Origin: Candidatus Borrarchaeum weybense
GTDB taxonomy: Archaea; Asgardarchaeota; Sifarchaeia; Borrarchaeales; Borrarchaeaceae
Length of the DNA: 64,000 nt
Reading direction: 5' to 3'
Assembly: GCA_019057385.1 (NCBI GenBank)
Contig: JAHQJS010000006.1
Location: forward strand, 773,038 to 837,037
Below the pieces are notes generated by a model. The model searched no databases. It worked only from the letters and a program-made list of their open reading frames with translations, and was not told the origin of the DNA. Below, in pieces: positions 8,840-18,589 of this stretch. Made by a program: the position numbers and the translations under genes. Within the stretch, counting starts at the first letter, position 1. Every line of letters begins with the position of its first letter.

Positions 8840-10042
8840 TTGAGAGTACCTATCTATGTGTTAAACATCAGGGGGCAACCGCTTATGCCTACCACACAAC
8901 ATAACGGAAAGAAGTTATTACAAGAAGGCAAGGCACACGTTGTTCAGCGATGTCCTTTCACCATTCAGTTGAACTATGCCACCGGAGAGGCGATACAACT
9001 GATTAAACTGGGAGTGGATATTGGATTTACTGAAATCGGATTTAGTGCCAAGACCGATACGTTAGAAGTCATCAGTGGGACCTTAAGCTTGCGCAAGGAT
9101 GTTTCTGACAAGCTAGAGGAAAAGCGTAGGTATCGTAGAAACCGTAGAGGCAGATTAGGGTATCGACCACCACGATTTGATAACCGAACACGACCTGAAG
9201 GATGGTTAGCCTCTAGCATTCAGCACAAACATGACTCACATATTCGATTAGTTGAAACACTTGCAACACTGCTACCGATACCCTTCAGAAAAGTAGAAGT
9301 GGCGAATTTCGACACACAAAAAATGCAGAATCCAGAAATTACAGGAGTAGCATATCAGCAGGGCACACTTCAAGGCTACGAAGTCAGAGAGTATCTGTTA
9401 GAGAAGTGGGGGCGAAAGTGCGCCTATTGTAGTAAAATAAACATGCCCTTAGAAGTCGAGCATATCGTCCCGAAAAGTAGAGGTGGAACTGATAGAGTGT
9501 CGAATTTGACGATCGCATGTAGGAACTGTAATCTAAAGAAGGGGGATAAGACCGCCGAGGAGTGTGGCTATCCAGACATCCAGATGCAGGCAAATAAGTC
9601 ACTTAAAGCAGCCGCATGTATCAATAACATTCGTTGGAGGCTAGTAAAACAGTTAGATGCAGAATATACCTACGGATACGTCACTAAATACCAGCGTAAC
9701 AAGCTAGGGCTGGAAAAATCACATGTTAATGATGCGTTTGTCATTGCGGGAGGCACAACTCAAGAACGGTGTAGACCGTATGAGGTTGTTCAGGTGCGGC
9801 GCAATACTCGTTCACTCCAATTGAATAGAAAAGGTTTCAAACCGTCTATTAGAAGACAAAGATACCCGTTACAACCGTATGATCTTGTAAACTTTGAGGG
9901 TAGAACCTATAGAGTAAAAGGTACTCATTGTCTTGGAAAGCGAGTTATTTTAAAAAATGTTAATGGAAAAGATAAAAGCGTATCTATCAAAAAAGTAGAG
10001 TTGGTTAAATATGGGAAAGGATTATTATTTAACTTATGTTAG
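8840..10042 (+). CDS. iscB: IscB RNA-guided endonuclease
   Basis: PLMP, RuvC-I LGVDIG, Arg-rich bridge helix, RuvC-II VEVANFD, HNH CAYC..EHIVPKSRGG..N..C..CN, RuvC-III SHVNDA; TTG start after GGAGG. Confidence 0.95.
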   Translation: MRVPIYVLNIRGQPLMPTTQHNGKKLLQEGKAHVVQRCPFTIQLNYATGEAIQLIKLGVDIGFTEIGFSAKTDTLEVISGTLSLRKDVSDKLEEKRRYRRNRRGRLGYRPPRFDNRTRPEGWLASSIQHKHDSHIRLVETLATLLPIPFRKVEVANFDTQKMQNPEITGVAYQQGTLQGYEVREYLLEKWGRKCAYCSKINMPLEVEHIVPKSRGGTDRVSNLTIACRNCNLKKGDKTAEECGYPDIQMQANKSLKAAACINNIRWRLVKQLDAEYTYGYVTKYQRNKLGLEKSHVNDAFVIAGGTTQERCRPYEVVQVRRNTRSLQLNRKGFKPSIRRQRYPLQPYDLVNFEGRTYRVKGTHCLGKRVILKNVNGKDKSVSIKKVELVKYGKGLLFNLC

Positions 10043-10110
10043 TCTAAACGCCTCTTTCCTCCCCACCCTAAAGGGTAGGGGCTTCCAGAGGCTGGAGTCG
10101 TGAATAAAGT

Positions 10111-11289
10111 ATGCTTGATCGAAATGAAATCCTTGGTTTTTTAGAGAAATATGATCCTGAAAAAATTGCGATTGGATGTGTGGCCTCACATTCTGCTCTC
10201 GATGTCGCTGATGGAGCCCAAGATGAGGGCTTCGAGATGTACGCATTTTGTGAAAAAGGCAGAGAGGCACCTTATACTAGGTATTTCAAAACGCTATACC
10301 ACCAGGATCGCTTAGTAAAAGGTGTAATCGATTATCCTGTTGTACTCGACAGTTTTAAAGAACTTGTCGATGATTATGATGATAAGTGGTTGCAATTCAT
10401 ATACCTCAACAATATCGTGTTTATTCCTAATCGTAGCTTCGTTGTTTATTGCGGAAAAGATGAAATTGAAAATAATTTTGTGGCTCCAATAGTAGGCACC
10501 CGAAACATGCTACGTATTGAAGATCGTGAGTCAGAGGAGTTCAATTATTACACCCTAGCAGAAAAGGCGGGCATGCGAATACCAGAGAAACTGGATTCAC
10601 CAGAAGAGATCGACGAAATTGGACTAGTAATGGTAAAATTAAAACACGCAAAGCATCGCCTCGAAAGAGGCTTCTTTACAGCCGCTAGTTTTAAAGAGTA
10701 TCAAGAAACCTCAGAACGACTATTGAGCCGCGGAGTGATTACGAAGGAAGATCTTGAGCAGGCAAGAATTGAACGTTATGCAGTTGGTCCTGTCTTCAAT
10801 TTTGATTTCTTCTACAGCCCAGTTAGCGAGAAACTGGGAGAAGAGCCATTAGAGTTATTGGGGATTGACTGGAGATTTGAAAGTTCACTGGATGGGTTCG
10901 TACGACTTCCAGCAGCACAGCAACTTACTTTACAGGACTTCCAAAAGGATCCCGTTTACAATGTGGTCGGTCACAATTCCTGCACATTAAGAGAAAGTCT
11001 CCTTCGATACATATTTCCCGAAGCTGAGAGATTTGTTAAAGCAACTAAAGCCTATTTTGATCCAGGTATAATCGGCAGTTTTACCATTCAAACGACCATT
11101 GAGGAAGACATGAAACCAACTACTTATGATATTGCAGTGCGAATAGGTGGTGGGACGAACGTCCATATGTATCTAGGGCATCCATATGGTAACATTCTTT
11201 GGAGAAAGAGAATGTCTTCAGGAAGACGAACTTGTCTTGAGGTGAAAAGAGCGATCGAGAAGGATATGCTCGACTTAATAGTCACATAA
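10111..11289 (+). CDS. purP: PurP paralog (PurP-like ATP-grasp)
   Basis: [31 protein letters not shown]. Confidence 0.85.
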   Translation: MLDRNEILGFLEKYDPEKIAIGCVASHSALDVADGAQDEGFEMYAFCEKGREAPYTRYFKTLYHQDRLVKGVIDYPVVLDSFKELVDDYDDKWLQFIYLNNIVFIPNRSFVVYCGKDEIENNFVAPIVGTRNMLRIEDRESEEFNYYTLAEKAGMRIPEKLDSPEEIDEIGLVMVKLKHAKHRLERGFFTAASFKEYQETSERLLSRGVITKEDLEQARIERYAVGPVFNFDFFYSPVSEKLGEEPLELLGIDWRFESSLDGFVRLPAAQQLTLQDFQKDPVYNVVGHNSCTLRESLLRYIFPEAERFVKATKAYFDPGIIGSFTIQTTIEEDMKPTTYDIAVRIGGGTNVHMYLGHPYGNILWRKRMSSGRRTCLEVKRAIEKDMLDLIVT

Positions 11290-11309
11290 TTTTCAGGAAA
11301 GATGATAAA

Positions 11310-12128
11310 ATGGGATTAACTAAAAGAATTGTTCCTTGCCTTGATGTTCTCGAAGGAAGAGTTGTAAAAGGGATAAATTTTGTTCAACTTCGAGATGCAG
11401 GAGACCCTGTAGAGCAGGGCAAATCTTATTCTGATCAAGAAGCAGATGAACTTGTCTTTTTAGATATTACTGCTTCGCATGAAAAACGTGAGATCACGAA
11501 GGAAATGGTGAAGAAAGTAGCTGATGTAGTCTTCATCCCATTCACTGTTGGTGGAGGCATGCGCACTATAGAAGACATAAGAGGTATCCTAGAAAGCGGA
11601 GCAGATAAAATCTCTCTTAATACTGCCGCCGTTGAAAAACCTGAACTCATTACTGAAGCTGCTGAGATCTTTGGCACCCAGTGCATCGTAATAGCTATTG
11701 ATGCTAAAAGAAGATTTATCGAATCTGAAGCAGAAGCAGAGGGTCGCATTATAAGAGAGACAGAAGATGGACGCCCCTGTTGGTTTGAAGTTGTAACCTA
11801 CGGCGGTCGAAAACCAACTGGCAATGATGCACTAAAGTGGGCACAACAAGTAGAAGAATTAGGCGCTGGTGAAATTCTTGTGACAAGCATGGACAGGGAT
11901 GGCACAAAAATCGGCTATGACATCCCAGTAACTAAAGCTATGGCAGAACTGACAAATCTTCCTATAATTGCCAGTGGAGGCGCAGGAAATCCTGAACATA
12001 TGTATGAAGCATTGGTAGAAGGAAAAGCAGATGCCGCTCTTATTGCGTCGATAGTACATTATGGAATTTACTCTATACGCGAAATCAAAGAATATTTAAA
12101 AGAAAAAGGCGTTCCTGTACGTTTATAA
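11310..12128 (+). CDS. hisF: Imidazole glycerol phosphate synthase cyclase subunit
   Basis: [40 protein letters not shown]. Confidence 0.96.
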   Translation: MGLTKRIVPCLDVLEGRVVKGINFVQLRDAGDPVEQGKSYSDQEADELVFLDITASHEKREITKEMVKKVADVVFIPFTVGGGMRTIEDIRGILESGADKISLNTAAVEKPELITEAAEIFGTQCIVIAIDAKRRFIESEAEAEGRIIRETEDGRPCWFEVVTYGGRKPTGNDALKWAQQVEELGAGEILVTSMDRDGTKIGYDIPVTKAMAELTNLPIIASGGAGNPEHMYEALVEGKADAALIASIVHYGIYSIREIKEYLKEKGVPVRL

Positions 12129-12161
12129 TACATTTACTTGAATTTTTTTAGGTGTGTTGTA

Positions 12162-12851
12162 GTGCCTGAATTCAACAACAAAACAATTGAAGAAATCCTC
12201 AAAGAGGTCGATTTTGAAAAAGGAAATGGACTAATTCCTGCGATTGCACAGGATTATAAATCCAAGAAAGTACTTATGCTAGCATACATGAACGAAACAG
12301 CCCTTAGAGAAACTCTAAAAACAGGATATATGACCTATTGGTCGCGTAGTCGCGGTATTCTATGGAAAAAGGGAGAACAATCAGGTAATAGACAAATAGT
12401 TAAAGAAATGTTTGTCGATTGTGACAATGATGCACTCGTCTTTCTTGTTGAGCCTCTAGGGGCAAGCTGCCACAAAGGGTTTTTTAGCTGTTTCTACAGA
12501 CAAATAGATACCACAGGACTAAAGCAAATAGAAGAAAAGATATTTGATTCAGACGAGACATATGCTACCAGCAAGGTTTTGGACGAGGTCTATGAGATAA
12601 TAAAAGGACGTATTTCATCTCCTAGACAGGACTCTTATGTTTCTGGATTAGCTACAAAGGGTACAAATGCAATATTCGGAAAGGTCAAAGAAGAATTTGA
12701 AGAAATGATGGACGCGATTAAAACTGATGATCTGCCTCATATAACTCATGAGATTACTGATCTGTTATTTCATGTATTAGTCATGCTCGCACATCGAGGA
12801 GTAAATTTAAAATCGATCTATCAAGAATTCCAACGAAGGAAAAAGCATTAG
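12162..12851 (+). CDS. hisIE: Bifunctional PR-AMP cyclohydrolase / PR-ATP pyrophosphatase
   Basis: YWSRSR..LWKKGE.SG, DCDND, CHKG..SCF, then SYV..L, KVKEE, EITDLLFH; GTG 12162 chosen as start. Confidence 0.92.
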   Translation: MPEFNNKTIEEILKEVDFEKGNGLIPAIAQDYKSKKVLMLAYMNETALRETLKTGYMTYWSRSRGILWKKGEQSGNRQIVKEMFVDCDNDALVFLVEPLGASCHKGFFSCFYRQIDTTGLKQIEEKIFDSDETYATSKVLDEVYEIIKGRISSPRQDSYVSGLATKGTNAIFGKVKEEFEEMMDAIKTDDLPHITHEITDLLFHVLVMLAHRGVNLKSIYQEFQRRKKH

Positions 12852-12950
12852 TAACCTCTCTATTTCCAGAAATCAAATTACTTGATACGTTGGGGTGGGG
12901 GAATTGACAATTTCTATATTCCATATCTTTTTAACTAATTCAAACTTTTA

Positions 12951-13307
12951 CTATAAAATTTTCTTTAATTCTTCTTTTTCAATTACATCATCTATTGCTT
13001 CTTGAATATTTCCTTTCTTGAACAAAAGTTTCATCCCTCTTTTTTTTAGCCTTTGTATTCCCTTTTTACCAATATTTGCAGATATAATTACTGCACAGTC
13101 ATGAAGTAAATCATATACATCTAAGGTCTTTAAATGTTGCATCGTTTTTTCAAATGGATTATTTCTTTTTTCAATTAACTTAAATTGCTTCCCATCAGTT
13201 TCATAAATAAATATTTGTGTTGCTCTACCCAACATCTTTTGAAAAATATTTATTCCATCATTGGTAGGAATAGCAACCTTTATGAGATTTTTTTTGTTCC
13301 CATCCAT
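12951..13307 (-). CDS. NifB/NifX (dinitrogenase FeMo-cofactor-like) family protein
   Basis: KVAIPT..G......GRA..IFIY, VIISANIG. Confidence 0.7.
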   Translation of the reverse strand: MDGNKKNLIKVAIPTNDGINIFQKMLGRATQIFIYETDGKQFKLIEKRNNPFEKTMQHLKTLDVYDLLHDCAVIISANIGKKGIQRLKKRGMKLLFKKGNIQEAIDDVIEKEELKKIL

Positions 13308-13532
13308 TTTCTTAGCCCCTATAGTTTTATATTCAAATAAGGACTCTTTAAAGTGCTTTATTGCACAAATATTTCTTATTTTGGATATTCAGTGAAAGAT
13401 AGAATTGATTGTATGCACTCCTTCTTTTCTAGGCAACGCCCAAATGCGTATCTACTATTTTTCAACGAGAGCGGTATTGTAGCGGTCAAAATGTAACTCT
13501 TTTGACCAATTAACTCGGACTTTGGATGACCG

Positions 13533-13641
13533 AACTCATGAGACTACCGATTTGTTATTTCATTTATTAGTCATGCTTGCACATCGAGGAGTAGATCTGA
13601 AATCAATCTATCAAGAATTCCAGCACAGGAAAAAACATTAA
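13533..13641 (+). repeat. Diverged duplicate of the hisIE 3' end (direct repeat of 12743-12851)
   Basis: AACTCATGAGACTACCGATTTGTTATTTCAT...AAAAACATTAA aligns gaplessly with the last 109 nt of hisIE. Confidence 0.9.
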
Positions 13642-13877
13642 GTAGAATATCTTTTCTTAATATCAGTAGACTCTAAGAACAGAGATATCTCTTTTTTATC
13701 AGCATTCAATAAAGATCTCTTTATATTTTCTTGGTTTTTTTCTGTATTTTAACATATACTGCTTCTCGAAAAAAATACACTCGAAATAGTAATTTTAACA
13801 ATAAGAGAACCAGTTTCTGATTTATTATCACCTCGAAAGAAGACCTCCCGACATGTTGGGGGGATGAATTGGGTCTC

Positions 13878-15086
13878 TTAGTTGTTTTCAAACATAAATA
13901 TTAATCCTTTTCCATATTTCAACAGTTCTACGTTTTTGATACTGGTGTTGACCACTGCTCCATTTGAATCACATAATCGTACCCATGCTCCATAATTGAA
14001 TATGCCTTTGACTTTGCATAGTTTTCCATTATAGGCTACCAAATCATGTGGTTGCAACTGGTATCTCTTTCTCCTAATAGACGGTTTGAATCCTTTTCTA
14101 TTCTTCTGTAGCGAACGATTATTGCGCCTGACTTGCATAACCTCATACGGGCGGCAGCGTTCTTGATTGGTTCCACCAGCAATGACAAACGCATCATTAA
14201 CATGAGATTTTTCTAAACCTAACTTATTGCGCTGGCATTTGGTGACGTATCCAAACGTATAATCTGCATCTAATTGCTCTACTAACTTCCAACGAATGTT
14301 ATTCAGACATGTCGGTGCTTTAAGAGACTTATTTGCCTGTTGCTGGAGGTGAGGATAGCCAAACTCCTCGGCAGTCCTTTTTCCTTTCTTTAGATTGCAG
14401 ACTTTGCATGAGATCGTCAAATTTGATACTCGATCTGTTCCGCCTCGGCTTCTCGGAACGATATGCTCGACTTCTAAGGGCACGTTTATTTTGCCACAAT
14501 AGGCGCATTTACGTCCCCACTTCTCTAACAGGTATTCTTTGACTTCATAGCCCTGAAGTTCACCCTGCTGATATTCTATTCCTGTAATTTCTGGGTGCTG
14601 CATTTTGTGGGCATCAAAATTCTCCACCTCAGCCCTTTTGTGGGTGATCGGTAGCAGTGTTTCAAGCTTTTCAACTAATCGAACATGTGAGTCATATCGA
14701 TGCTGAACGCTGGGTGTTAACCATCATTCAGGTCGAGTTCGGTTATTAAATCGAGGCGGTCTATATCCTAATCTACTTCTACGAGTTCTACGATACCTGC
14801 GTCTGTCTGCTAGTTTGTTAGACACATTTTTCCGCAGCGTTACTTTGCCACTGATGACTTCTAACTTATCGGTCTTGGCACTAAATCCGATGTTCGTATA
14901 TCCTAGGTCCACTCCGAGTGTAATAGGTTGCCTAGTTTCTCCAGTGGCATAGCTTAACTGAATGGTAAAAGGACATCTCTGAAAAACGCGTGCCTTCTCC
15001 TCTTGTAATAACTTCTTTCCTTTGTGTTGTGTGGTTGGCATGAGCGGTTGCCCCCTCATGTTCAACACATAGATAGGTACTCTCAA
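13878..15086 (-). pseudogene. iscB: iscB with in-frame nonsense codon
   Basis: ORFs 14724-15086 and 13878-14627 are in the same frame; TGA replaces GGA (Gly of RPEGW in the paralogs). Confidence 0.9.
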
Positions 15087-15365
15087 GTCCTATCTCCTCC
15101 TTTAACGAGTGTTAAAGTCGGTTGGTTCTCTTCGCCAAGGTTATCAGTCAGTACTCTACGATGATCACTGAGCGTTTCCTCTCTGTTTAAACCACCGTTT
15201 ACAGAGCAAGGGACTAGAGAAGCATCCCTTGGTGTGTTCTTTAACTCTCCTGATAACTCAGATACCGCCATGTGTGTTTCACCACGACCTCTCTTAGGCT
15301 AATCAACCAATTACTCTTGTTCCTCACGGGACAAGCCCCCCTCACTTGTTAGGGGGGTGATTGAC
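15087..15365 (-). ncRNA. omegaRNA scaffold of IscB element 2
   Basis: Core nearly identical to 8567-8839. Confidence 0.8.
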
Positions 15366-15417
15366 AAGTTAGGGTTTCACTTGTAATTATTACAAGTAAG
15401 GGTGAGTTGTGGTGTAT

Positions 15418-15630
15418 GTGAACTACCATCCAACAAGTTGAATGGCTTCCTGCTTCATAGACGACCTGCGGCATCTCCAACCGTACCTTTGACGGTATCG
15501 GCTTAACACAGACTTTAAATCGGACAGTCTCTGCCCTACTGTGTCCCCTTCCAGACCCACTTGGCTTTATGGCATACAGGGTTCAGAAGGGTACTCGCAT
15601 GCCGACCTCTTGCCTGCAGGTAGACACAAC
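15418..15630 (-). ncRNA. Orphan TnpB-type right-end RNA (reRNA) / IS605 remnant
   Basis: Minus strand ends ...TATGAAGCAGGAAGCCATTCAACTTGTTGGATGGTAGTTCAC, the same end architecture as the tnpB element at 21322. GC-richer and hairpin-rich, no ORF. Upstream limit uncertain. Confidence 0.6.
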
Positions 15631-15774
15631 CAAATGTATAGGAACATCTATTAAAAGTTACAGAGGCCTATGTGAAAGTGAAATTACGTGATGCTTATTA
15701 ATAAAAATGAAATTGGATGCTCGAATACATTCGGTAAACTCTCCAGTAACAAAATGTAGGTAGGGAGTAAAATA

Positions 15775-16716
15775 GTGGAATCATCACTTAATCAGATATG
15801 GGATACACAAAATCTCATTCTTGCATTAGTAAATGATTTTTCCCCAATTAGTTCGATAAAACTTCAGAAATTGTTATTTCTCGCTCAGTATAAATCTGAT
15901 CTTCCATTAAATTTAGTTTATGCACCTTTTTTGTACGGCCCGTTTTGTGTTGAACTTTCAAATGAAATCCTTCCAGCATTACGAAAAGAAGGTCTTATTC
16001 AAACAATTCGGTACAGAAAAGATCAAAAGAGTCCAACTCTTAGAAACTATTCTTTGACAGAATTAGGGAGAGAAATGATGCAACAATGGCTTACAAATAA
16101 CATGGAACTATATAGGAGTTATAAAAGATTCATTGACATGTATAAAGAAAAGAATACCGAGAAAATCATCTCAGAGAGTTATGATATATTTCGTAAAACC
16201 GTAACTCCTCGTCTACTTTATTTCAACCAGCAGATGCTTCACGAAAGTATGAATCAATTAGAAAGTAGTAGAATAAACGAAAAAATTCGATTAAAAATTC
16301 CTCTGGAGCCTGATATGATCAGCGATCCCATTTCCGAATTTATTTTGGAGGATCTCAGGGAGTCTATACCTATTTTTTTGTCTAAGAATGAATTATCTAC
16401 CGCCTTCAAGAAAGAAATGATAGGATTAGGCACATCAATCAAAATCTATGGCAATTTCCATCAACATCTAAGAGAAGACGGCTCAGAACTTATTGGATTA
16501 TTTTCAAATAAGTTTTTTCATAAAAACTTAGAATTTATTCAAGAAAATGGTGATTATGATATTATCTGTAAACTTACAAAGAATGCAGAAATATGTTATT
16601 ATGATGACTTCTTAGGTCATATCTGTGAAGTAGGGGGAATTATTGTAGAAAAGAACCCGCTTATCATAGAGCCGGTTTATATTTTAGGATATTATCCAAG
16701 AGAATATCAATCCTGA
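15775..16716 (+). CDS. Hypothetical protein with N-terminal wHTH (DUF4065/SocA-like) domain
   Basis: KLQKLLFL...YGPF..EL...YSLTELG pattern; C-terminal region unassigned. Confidence 0.55.
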   Translation: MESSLNQIWDTQNLILALVNDFSPISSIKLQKLLFLAQYKSDLPLNLVYAPFLYGPFCVELSNEILPALRKEGLIQTIRYRKDQKSPTLRNYSLTELGREMMQQWLTNNMELYRSYKRFIDMYKEKNTEKIISESYDIFRKTVTPRLLYFNQQMLHESMNQLESSRINEKIRLKIPLEPDMISDPISEFILEDLRESIPIFLSKNELSTAFKKEMIGLGTSIKIYGNFHQHLREDGSELIGLFSNKFFHKNLEFIQENGDYDIICKLTKNAEICYYDDFLGHICEVGGIIVEKNPLIIEPVYILGYYPREYQS

Positions 16717-17231
16717 AGTTCTGTCATAAATTGCGTTAATGCAGCGAATACATCGTTCACATTTTCCCCGGTTTTCGCACTTGTTTCTGTATAAACAACG
16801 CCATTTTGCTGTGCAAATTGTTTTGCCTCTTCCTGAGTTACAGCACGTAAATCTTCAAGATCTGCTTTATTACCAATGATTAAAAGCGGGATGTTGCCAG
16901 TTTTCCCACGAACTTGTTCAACCCATTTAGCGAGGTTTGTGAAGCTTTCACGCCGGGTTACATCAAAGACTACAAGTCCTCCGCTTGATCCGTCGTAGTA
17001 TGATGGCAATAGAAAATGAAATCTTTCTTGTCCCGCAGTATCCCAAATAGAGAGCTTGACTTTTGTGCCTCCGTCTAAAGTGACCATCTTTGTCGCGAAA
17101 TTGACCCCAATGGTCATTTTATAGTCGCGCTGGAAGGAACCGTGCACGAAACGGAACATAAGTGACGTTTTACCGACCGCTGCGTCTCCTACAACTATTA
17201 CCTTGAAGATAAACTTATGACCTCTCGACAT
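16707..17231 (-). CDS. Rab-like small GTPase
   Basis: G1 GDAAVGKT, G3 WDTAGQE, G4 NKAD, G5 ETSAK; RabF-like IGVNF, KLSIW, YYDGS, LVVFDVT; start placed at MSRGH (17231). Confidence 0.92.
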   Translation of the reverse strand: MSRGHKFIFKVIVVGDAAVGKTSLMFRFVHGSFQRDYKMTIGVNFATKMVTLDGGTKVKLSIWDTAGQERFHFLLPSYYDGSSGGLVVFDVTRRESFTNLAKWVEQVRGKTGNIPLLIIGNKADLEDLRAVTQEEAKQFAQQNGVVYTETSAKTGENVNDVFAALTQFMTELQD

Positions 17232-17566
17232 CTTTACACACTCTTTTATATTGCCTTGTGATAAAAAATTGTAATGGTGTTTCATATATTTTTCTTATGT
17301 TAATGAGTTTTAAACGAGTTTCAAATTTCTGTTTTGACCTCAGTTTTTTATTTAAACGGCATATAAAAATTAAACACATTTTAGACTAATTATAAGAGTC
17401 TAATACCATAAAACGACCTGAAATAAGATATATGTTGCACTAGAAAACAAACACTTACTATAAAAAGTCTATTTTGGAAGATTCAAAAATTGTTCCAAAA
17501 CATTGATGTAATAGATTGATGGATTTTTAATAATGAATATGGCTTAAATAGAGGGGTTCTCTTTAC

Positions 17567-18049
17567 ATGGTATTCAAAAATGTACCTGGTACAACAACAA
17601 AATGGTTTATTGATGTTCTAGAAGCGAAACCTGGTAGTCTTCACTCTCATATTTATGTGGGAATAAGAAAGGATGGAGAAGAAAAGCAAATATTCTTGGA
17701 CTCAATAGCTTACCTTGTAGACTTGCTCGTGAGGGAATTTGAGGATGGACGAAACTTTATTGGGCTACCACCTTTAACGACTAAAAGGGCTGTAAAAACT
17801 ATAGCTGACTATTTTAATCTTGGTGATGACTTCAGTAGTGACTTAGAGTATGAATATCTACGATTCATTAAAGAAGAAGGATTACCTGGTCCTTCTGTTA
17901 TGATTACGGCACGTGAAATAACAGAAATCTATGAAAGATCTTCACAGTTAAAGAGCAAAATTTACGCAACAAAAGCAACCACTGATGAGGTTTTAGAAGA
18001 AGCAATGGAACAGCTAGAAAGTGAAGATGAAGATGCACAAGAAAAATAA
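17567..18049 (+). CDS. Hypothetical protein, paralog of 18080-18568
   Basis: Shares DS.A.LVDLL.REF, IG.PPL, DYF.L.DDF.S.LE.EY..F.KE.G with its neighbour. Confidence 0.75.
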   Translation: MVFKNVPGTTTKWFIDVLEAKPGSLHSHIYVGIRKDGEEKQIFLDSIAYLVDLLVREFEDGRNFIGLPPLTTKRAVKTIADYFNLGDDFSSDLEYEYLRFIKEEGLPGPSVMITAREITEIYERSSQLKSKIYATKATTDEVLEEAMEQLESEDEDAQEK

Positions 18050-18079
18050 GGGAATATTTCGCTAAAGAGAGGTTATTCT

Positions 18080-18568
18080 ATGGTTTACAAGAAATTCCCC
18101 GGAAGTACACTACAATGGTCAATTAATCTCCCGGAAATAGGGAGTAGAAAGTTGAGGATGCATTGTCCTGTTTCTGTATTGATTAAAAGAAATAGAGAAG
18201 AAATGCATATTCTTATAGATTCACTCGCTCATTTAGTAGATTTACTCATTCGAGAATTCGATGAAGAGAATGGTCTTAACCTCATAGGAGTTCCTCCACT
18301 TGCGTTTAAAAGAGCCTTTATTTCTATTAGTGATTATTTTAGTCTAGATGATGATTTCATTTCGGAACTCGAATGGGAATATTTTAAATTCGTAAAAGAA
18401 AGCGGAATTGAAAGCCCTTTTGGGGTTATTACACCACACAGACTAGCTGAGTTATATGAACGCTCAATGACGCTAAAGAAAAAACTGAGTGGAGAAGGAT
18501 CCAAAGTGGATGATTTAAAGGATGCGATTACCATAATCGACACGCATATAAAAATGCTAGAATCATAA
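18080..18568 (+). CDS. Hypothetical protein, paralog of 17567-18049
   Basis: Same shared motifs; GAGG RBS. Confidence 0.75.
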   Translation: MVYKKFPGSTLQWSINLPEIGSRKLRMHCPVSVLIKRNREEMHILIDSLAHLVDLLIREFDEENGLNLIGVPPLAFKRAFISISDYFSLDDDFISELEWEYFKFVKESGIESPFGVITPHRLAELYERSMTLKKKLSGEGSKVDDLKDAITIIDTHIKMLES

Positions 18569-18589
18569 GAAAACCTCACAACTCAACCA

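Larger units (their letters stand above)
8567..10099 (+). mobile_element. IS200/IS605 IscB element 1 (non-autonomous)
   Basis: 5' GTCAATTACCCCACC hairpin, omegaRNA, iscB, then terminal hairpin CCCCACCCTAAAGGGTAGGGG followed by GTGAA. Confidence 0.9.
13827..15365 (-). mobile_element. IS200/IS605 IscB element 2
   Basis: GTCAATCACCCCCC 5' end at 15365, omegaRNA, iscB pseudogene, terminal hairpin at ~13845-13866; 3' boundary approximate. Confidence 0.85.

Noticed and set aside
8655-8843. 62-aa ORF repeated at 8655, 15083 and 52424, overlapping the iscB start
   Set aside because: Lies within the omegaRNA scaffold; its conservation is explained by near-identical RNA sequence, and iscB has its own GGAGG RBS. 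A coupled uORF is not strictly excluded.
14724-14726. In-frame TGA in iscB 2 (and in isrB at 47316) as selenocysteine or readthrough
   Set aside because: They replace Gly (GGA) and probably Arg (CGA), not Cys; simple nonsense mutations are more parsimonious.
15752-15761. 10-nt match to the TnpB guide (AAATGTAGGT)
   Set aside because: Short, AT-rich and not preceded by the inferred TTAC TAM; compatible with chance.
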